Shown: one piece after another, positions 58,566-64,000 of the stretch | How positions within the stretch are numbered: the stretch's first letter is position 1 | How the letters are laid out: every line of letters begins with the position of its first letter | Made by a program: the position numbers and the translations under genes | The notes under the pieces: generated by a model | Databases searched by the model: none | What the model saw: the letters and a program-made list of their open reading frames with translations, nothing else | What the model was told of the DNA's origin: nothing | Sequence record: OQ025076.1 | DNA length: 64,000 nucleotides | Reading direction: 5' to 3' (one strand) | Origin: Escherichia phage vB_EcoP_YF01

Positions 58566-59474
58566 TTATGCCGCCTGACGTGCCGCCATAATTTCAGCCG
58601 CTTTACGCAATACTTCTTCCTCTTCTGCTTTCGCCGCTTGTTCGGTACGGGTAGCAACCGTTGAAGAGATACGACCGCGCAGACTCTCTAACTTCTCCTG
58701 CATAGCTGCAACAGTCTTTTCCATTTCATCAGCGTATGAATCGAGTGATTCTAATTCCTTGCTTGATGCGTTCATCAGATAATCATCCGAGATCGCTACC
58801 GTTGAGGCCGTGACTTTCTTGATGAGTGAATCAAAAGATTTCTTAACCTTTCCTACTTCTTCACTCAGGGCGATAGTGTTATCACTAGTTGCGCCGTTGC
58901 GCTCATCAGCCAGTAATTTGGCTTCAATACGGATTGCATTCAAGCGTTCAACTAAAGCGTAAATATCTTGATTAAAGTCTTCCTTGTTTTTCGCCGGGAT
59001 TTGCAGATGTGCCGCCACATTGTCATTGCAACCCTTGTAAAAGTTAGGGTTATCTACTTCAATTTCACGGCCTAAAGCAAAGTTTTCGAAAGCGTTTGAC
59101 CAGCGAGCGCGGTTTTGTTCCATTTTGGCCTTAATTTGCGCTTCTTTCGCGTCTTCTTTAGCTTTCGCCTCACCTTCCAGATTAATCCACTTTTTACGAC
59201 CATTTGCCGCATCGGTGTTAAACTTGATAGGAGTTAAGAAAGTAATTGCAGTGGCAATCACATCCATATCACGGAAACGTTCAGTTAACAAGAAGTCAAC
59301 CGCCGTCTGCAATACTTCCAGCTTTTTACCGTTACTGCGGAAGTGCTGTAAGTGCCCTAACAGGAAGTTAGAAACATCTTGTTTGATCGCCGCGTTATTG
59401 CTACGAATGTTGTTAGCCAGTGCATTAAAACCAGATTCGTTAACCAGAGTAAAAACTTTAGCCATGATATTCAC
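58566..59474 (-). CDS. Hypothetical coiled-coil protein (first gene downstream of the early promoter array)
   Basis: ORF in track, 302 aa, Ala/Lys/Glu-rich. Confidence 0.5.
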   Translation of the reverse strand: MNIMAKVFTLVNESGFNALANNIRSNNAAIKQDVSNFLLGHLQHFRSNGKKLEVLQTAVDFLLTERFRDMDVIATAITFLTPIKFNTDAANGRKKWINLEGEAKAKEDAKEAQIKAKMEQNRARWSNAFENFALGREIEVDNPNFYKGCNDNVAAHLQIPAKNKEDFNQDIYALVERLNAIRIEAKLLADERNGATSDNTIALSEEVGKVKKSFDSLIKKVTASTVAISDDYLMNASSKELESLDSYADEMEKTVAAMQEKLESLRGRISSTVATRTEQAAKAEEEEVLRKAAEIMAARQAA

Positions 59475-60386
59475 CTTTCAATTGTAAGGGCGCTATTGCC
59501 CCGCTCTCTATGAGCTTGTTTAAGTCACTATTAACTTATCTCTAACCACTCACTTTTTAAGTAGTTATAGGTAAGTGGGGCGGTCTTATCAGGAGTTAAC
59601 CTAGCCGCCCCATTATCCGTGATGTTTCATCTGGTATCTTTAATTAGTCGCTATAAACGAAGCCGACCTGATAGCGATGATCAATCATCACAATAAGGCA
59701 GTGCGTCCGACTCTAATTAGTTACTTTATTGTAACCGTCGGCAATATCGTCTACTTTGCTTTCGCTCTCGCCTATCCTTTTATACTAACTCTCAATCACT
59801 AACCATCGCCCACTACGGGAGGTTATTGTGAAAGAGTCATTAGCCGTCTAATATTCCGACGTTTTATATCTTTCGGCAAGTTTACTACATAAACTGATTA
59901 TGTACGCCATCAATAGTGGCCTCAAATCATTCACATCGTAAACGTTCACACTAAACCTTATTGTTAAATAGCAATTTGCTACTCTTTAACCACTCACCGC
60001 CGCTCGCAATTGAGCTTGTATTCGTCGGACTTGTCTACCCTGATTAACTTCTTTCACTGTAGCGCCTTGTTAGCGATGACCGCCGCTACCCTTAACCGTG
60101 GGCGATTAGCTTAAGTCTTTGCGTACACTCAATGAATCCGTTTATCAGTGGTGACGTTTCCAGCAAGGGATTGTAAGATTGTTTTCTCTGATAGTTTAGA
60201 GAATCTTACACCGTTTTATCTGGTATGTTATCCGATGGTTATTATCATCTAACATATTCAACCGATATAGGAGAATGTTTAAATTATTAAAGAGCGGTAA
60301 ATCTATCAGTGTGCTTTCTCACACTATGCAACTGTTAGCCGTTGTTACGCTTTTCACTGAAGCGGTGATTTGCTTAGTGAGTGCTC

Positions 60387-60415
60387 ATTATGAATCATGT
60401 TGTTTTCGCTGTCAA
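60387..60415 (-). promoter_or_regulatory. Sigma-70 consensus-like early promoter (minus strand)
   Basis: -35 TTGACA (60415..60410), 17-nt spacer, -10 CATAAT (60392..60387). Confidence 0.5.
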
Positions 60416-60877
60416 CCACTTTTTAATCTTTTTTCGTCGTTCCCGCTATTGGGAGGATATATCAATCAGCTTTATTTGATTGAAGACTAAGCGGTGATGC
60501 TTATCTTATGATTCATATTGTTAAAGAGCGGTTACTACATTTACAGCTTAACACATCGTGTTAGCTTGTCAAACTCTTTTTATCATCTTCTTTTAATTCC
60601 TTTCCCTTATCTCGCGTGAATCTATGCGAAAGGGCAAGATGATAAGTCTGATTTGTCTTTTAGGGAATCTAGTGCGCTTTCAAGCATTAATCTTTTGAAA
60701 GTATCGAACAAATAAGGCTTATTGATATTGCTTATTGTCCGCCTGCGTCACGTATGAATCAGGAATCAATTCTACCGATTAACTGAGCGCCTTATAGTAA
60801 TGACGTCGCCGCCACCCGTAAGACAAATCATATTTTTAAAGAGCGGGATGTTTTAAGTCATCGCTGACTGAGTGCTT

Positions 60878-60906
60878 ATTATGAATCAGGCTGTTTTCGG
60901 TGTCAA
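60878..60906 (-). promoter_or_regulatory. Sigma-70 consensus-like early promoter (minus strand)
   Basis: -35 TTGACA (60906..60901), 17-nt spacer, -10 CATAAT (60883..60878). Confidence 0.5.
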
Positions 60907-61084
60907 TACTCTTTTTAAGAATATTTTCACTTTCTAGCCTGATTTTTAAAGAGCGTAGCACTTTCATTGTGCGTCTTACTGTCGGTATTCCTACCGCTCC
61001 CCGTTGAAGCCTTTTACCGTGATGCTAATCACCTATCGAGGAGTTTTTACTACTTGTTGTTACTTACTGCTTACTACGGGATTC

Positions 61085-61112
61085 ATATTACTATACAGGA
61101 AAACCCTGTCAA
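61085..61112 (-). promoter_or_regulatory. Sigma-70 consensus-like early promoter (minus strand)
   Basis: -35 TTGACA (61112..61107), 16-nt spacer, -10 TAATAT; conserved block TAAATTCCTTTA 38 nt upstream. Confidence 0.45.
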
Positions 61113-61394
61113 TACCCTTTTTTCAAATTATTTTATATCTCACTGTTTTATAAAGGAATTTATTTTACTGACAGTAAGACACTACAACGGAATCAGGGGA
61201 TAAAGGAACGGGCGCGCGTGATACATCATAGGAAACGGCCTGTAACGCATCACAACGAGCTAAAAGGGAGTAAGGCATACAATCACCTTATAAAAGAGAA
61301 AAGCGCCATAGCGGCGCTTATAGGAAGGATTAGAGCGTAAGATAGATTATGACCATAGGCATGACTACGGCACAATACAGGAGAAAGATTAAGC

Positions 61395-61760
61395 CTATGG
61401 ATTTACACATTGACCTAAACCGGATTCTATTTCATTCATGGACTCATCAAAGAGTGTAAACGATGAGCGCATCAAGTGATCTACCGTGATTTGCTTACCA
61501 GTGGTTTCATTTACCAGTTGAATAGTTTTATCGTATGATTGTACATGTTCGAAATCATTCACATGTAAAATAATAACTTTAGGTGACTTTTTACCAGTAT
61601 CAAAGTTTTCTACAATATAGGTGCACTGTAAACCTTCCACCGTAGCAGGGGAGAATGTTGCAGCCTTTACACTACCCATAGCCGATAGCAGGACACCCAA
61701 CAGAAGAACAACCAGAAAGAAGCCTACAACCGTTTTAATGACGAATTTAATAAACCACAT
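61395..61760 (-). CDS. Membrane-anchored/secreted protein
   Basis: N-terminal hydrophobic segment VVGFFLVVLLLGVLLSAMGS. Confidence 0.45.
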   Translation of the reverse strand: MWFIKFVIKTVVGFFLVVLLLGVLLSAMGSVKAATFSPATVEGLQCTYIVENFDTGKKSPKVIILHVNDFEHVQSYDKTIQLVNETTGKQITVDHLMRSSFTLFDESMNEIESGLGQCVNP

Positions 61761-61859
61761 AGCAATAAACCTTTAGTTAGAGAATGTAAGAATAAATCAT
61801 ATCAGTGACGAATAGCAGGAAGGTCGCACCAAACAAGCAACGCCAAAAATAATCATGAA

Positions 61860-62132
61860 TCATTGGTTGCTATCCTCGCCAAAAAATGATACGCTGATTT
61901 GTTCCACTTCTTCCAGCGACAACAAAATCCCACGTTGGGCTAAATACTTCCCAATAGTTAGATAATCTTGCACTAAGCAGACAATAGGAAAGCGTATATT
62001 TTGTATCTCACCTTTAGAAAGAAAAGACAAATACCCAGCGTCGACTGATTCATCAAAGGATAACGTAACGCCACCGTAATTATGCGTGTCAATTAACGCA
62101 ATAGTTTCATTTCCCATTAATATCACCCTCAA
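61860..62132 (-). CDS. Hypothetical protein
   Basis: ORF in track. Confidence 0.4.
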   Translation of the reverse strand: MRVILMGNETIALIDTHNYGGVTLSFDESVDAGYLSFLSKGEIQNIRFPIVCLVQDYLTIGKYLAQRGILLSLEEVEQISVSFFGEDSNQ

Positions 62133-62373
62133 TTAATCCATGATTGAGCAGGTTAGCCAGTGATAAATCACCGTCAATATAGATTGATTTGAAGTCTTCA
62201 CGGGTAATTTCAAAATCAGCAAAGGCTAGCCAATCTTTAAGAGGCTGATATTCCATCCTGCAAAAAGTGATAACAGGTAACGTTATCTGACCATCAAGTG
62301 TATTAAACATGATAGATTGCTCGCCAACAAAACAAGAAAAGCCGTTTGATAATTTAACTTCTTTAATAGCCAT
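62107..62373 (-). CDS. Hypothetical protein
   Basis: ORF in track. Confidence 0.4.
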   Translation of the reverse strand: MAIKEVKLSNGFSCFVGEQSIMFNTLDGQITLPVITFCRMEYQPLKDWLAFADFEITREDFKSIYIDGDLSLANLLNHGLIEGDINGK

Positions 62374-62399
62374 TTTTACACTCCCAAAAAATAGATTAT

Positions 62400-63272
62400 T
62401 TACTTACTAGCCTTAATGCAGTTGGCTAAATTAACGTGAACGGTATAAACAGCGTTATCAGCGTTATTGTAAACAGTTGTAGCAATCATCGACTCATTGA
62501 TCGGGCCATAGCTCACTAGGTTGGTTACAGCTTTAACGTCTTCGTAACGTTGTACAGTGCCAAATGTCACCATATCCGCATCGTTATCGGTACGCTTGAG
62601 AACTAGATCACTGTTAGGCTGATTATCTAACGTTTTAGATTGAAAGAGAACGCCATCATTAGTAACGTTGCTAAATTTCACCTTTAGCACGATATTATTG
62701 CCGTCACTATCCGCACCGTTGCAAATCATCCAACCCTTATTGATGGAACTAGAGAAGACACTAGCCGCATCAGTTGCAGGAGCAGGACTAGCGATAGCCT
62801 TATCAGAAAGAGATGTGACCAGTGCACTAACACCGATAGCTGCAACCAGTGCATAACTTGCCAGATTAACAGACTTCATAATCTTACTTGCAACAGTAGG
62901 CTTGATTGGCTGTTTCTTGTTTTTCTTGTTCCATGCTTCAACCATGACAGACAAGCGGGATAATTCAGCTTTCACATCACGGCATGACTCAGGCCAATCT
63001 TTCTGATTCCAGCTATCTAAATTTGCCTGAATGTAACAGTTGATAGCGTCCTGCATATCGGTAAAGCCGTTTTCTTTGAACGTGCTTTCATCTTCACACT
63101 GTAAAGCGTTCGCAGTGGAATTAATGATTAAGCAAGCCAACATGATTGAGTTTTTGAATCCTTTACGTGCGCTTTCGTTTTCCATCCACGCATCAGGACT
63201 ACCAACGGATAAGCCTAAAGAGGAAAGACTTTCGTTTGCTTTGTTCAAGTGGTTAATTGCTACTTTAGACAT
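62400..63272 (-). CDS. Hypothetical protein with internal TM segment
   Basis: ATG 63272 with AAGGAA SD lies downstream of the promoter at 63310-63337 (track start 63341 would precede the transcription start); TM segment LASYALVAAIGVSALVTSL. Confidence 0.45.
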   Translation of the reverse strand: MSKVAINHLNKANESLSSLGLSVGSPDAWMENESARKGFKNSIMLACLIINSTANALQCEDESTFKENGFTDMQDAINCYIQANLDSWNQKDWPESCRDVKAELSRLSVMVEAWNKKNKKQPIKPTVASKIMKSVNLASYALVAAIGVSALVTSLSDKAIASPAPATDAASVFSSSINKGWMICNGADSDGNNIVLKVKFSNVTNDGVLFQSKTLDNQPNSDLVLKRTDNDADMVTFGTVQRYEDVKAVTNLVSYGPINESMIATTVYNNADNAVYTVHVNLANCIKASK

Positions 63273-63309
63273 TTGATATTCCTTATGGTTGATGAAAACT
63301 ACAATCGCA

Positions 63310-63337
63310 ACTATATAATAAAGGAAAAACCTGTCAA
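63310..63337 (-). promoter_or_regulatory. Sigma-70 consensus-like early promoter (minus strand)
   Basis: -35 TTGACA (63337..63332), 16-nt spacer, -10 TATAGT; conserved block TAAATTCCTTTA 38 nt upstream, the same spacing as at 61085-61112. Confidence 0.5.
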
Positions 63338-63480
63338 CCATTTATTTTCTAACTTTTTCATAACTCACTGAATACTAAAGGAATTTAATTTACTAAATTT
63401 TCTATACTCAGGGTATCAGCTTACTAGCTATTGTTACTTTATAACACCAATTCTACGGGCAGCAGACCAACAGACCAGGA

Positions 63481-63908
63481 CACGGGGAGAATACAACCGC
63501 AGGACAGACCACGGGGAAACATAGCAAGATAGTGCGGTAATAATATACCACTTAAATAATTAGTTAACTATTAATAGCATTACTCAAACATCAAAGACGT
63601 TCGCTACGCTCACAAAGGCACGCTGAAAAAGAAAAGAATAAAAGAAATAATAAACATCAAACATAATCTTTCCACTTAATTAATACATACATCATTATTG
63701 CACTCATAATCATCACTATTGAAACTATTTACACTCAAACTATGGGGAGCTGAACGGTAACAATACGGTATTATTAGACCTGTTATGATTGTGCCTTATC
63801 AGAGTATAGCCTTTCTCTCACTCTCTAAAGGGGTACTAAATAAACGGGTAGCTAATGAATAGGATGGTATACACGGGGAAAGAATAACGGGGAGTAGGCA
63901 CGGGGAAA
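63481..63908. repeat. Dispersed ACGGGGA(R)A direct repeats in terminal ORF-free region
   Basis: CACGGGGAGA 63481, ACGGGGAAAC 63511, ACACGGGGAA 63871, AACGGGGAG 63886, CACGGGGAAA 63899. Confidence 0.5.
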
Positions 63909-64000
63909 CGCTGGAACGTGGGAGGAGGTGTAAAGGCATTGCCAATAACCCTTTTTTAAATGAGGACTCCCCCTTTTTAGGAAACGCGCGGCGAGCGGCT

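Larger units (their letters stand above)
60287..60955. repeat. Dispersed direct repeats: four copies of TTAAAGAGCG(G) and two ~85-bp imperfect repeats
   Basis: TTAAAGAGCGG at 60287, 60521, 60836 and variant at 60946; extended repeat GAGTGCT(C/T)ATTATGAATCA..TGTTTTCG.TGTCAA at 60378-60416 and 60870-60906. Confidence 0.6.

Noticed and set aside
60275-60960. Possible CRISPR array suggested by repeated TTAAAGAGCGG units in an ORF-free region
   Set aside because: Repeats are only ~11 bp, irregularly spaced (about 230, 315 and 110 bp apart) and embedded in longer imperfect duplications containing promoter hexamers; no regular repeat-spacer periodicity and no cas genes.

Overview
This window looks like most of a lytic tailed dsDNA phage genome, with no integrase or transposase. 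Gene content (a phage sigma-70-family factor, Q/N-rich virion proteins, T7-like primase-helicase) resembles phiEco32-like podoviruses; that assignment is from recollection, not a search. Layout: 1-16.7 kb carries plus-strand late genes (tail fibre C-terminus with S74 chaperone domain, GH24 lysozyme, Big_2 structural protein, lytic transglycosylase, large internal/coiled-coil virion proteins). From 16.9 to 63.3 kb everything is on the minus strand: replication (primase-helicase, a family-A DNA polymerase split into separate exonuclease and polymerase genes, FEN, SSB), nucleotide metabolism (ThyX, dCTP deaminase, thioredoxin, nucleotide kinase, two phosphatases, PhoH), five HNH homing endonucleases, a tRNA-Arg(UCU), overlapped spanins, and many small early genes including a seven-member paralog family. 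The most interesting feature is a ~10 kb minus-strand cluster (38.8-48.9 kb) encoding a GGCT/AIG2 cyclotransferase, an ATP-grasp ligase, a class-II glutamine amidotransferase fused to a Cys-rich domain, two glutamine-synthetase-like amidoligases and four unknown proteins, which looks like an uncharacterised gamma-glutamyl/amide-bond biosynthetic or tagging system. Other highlights are a macro-domain/SLOG pair beside the sigma factor, a recurring TAATGTATA promoter-like motif, and an array of four sigma-70 consensus promoters in a repeat-rich ORF-free region near 60-63 kb. ORF-track starts include GTG/TTG codons; I adjusted starts only where an SD or coupling signal was visible, and all protein family calls are from motif reading by eye.
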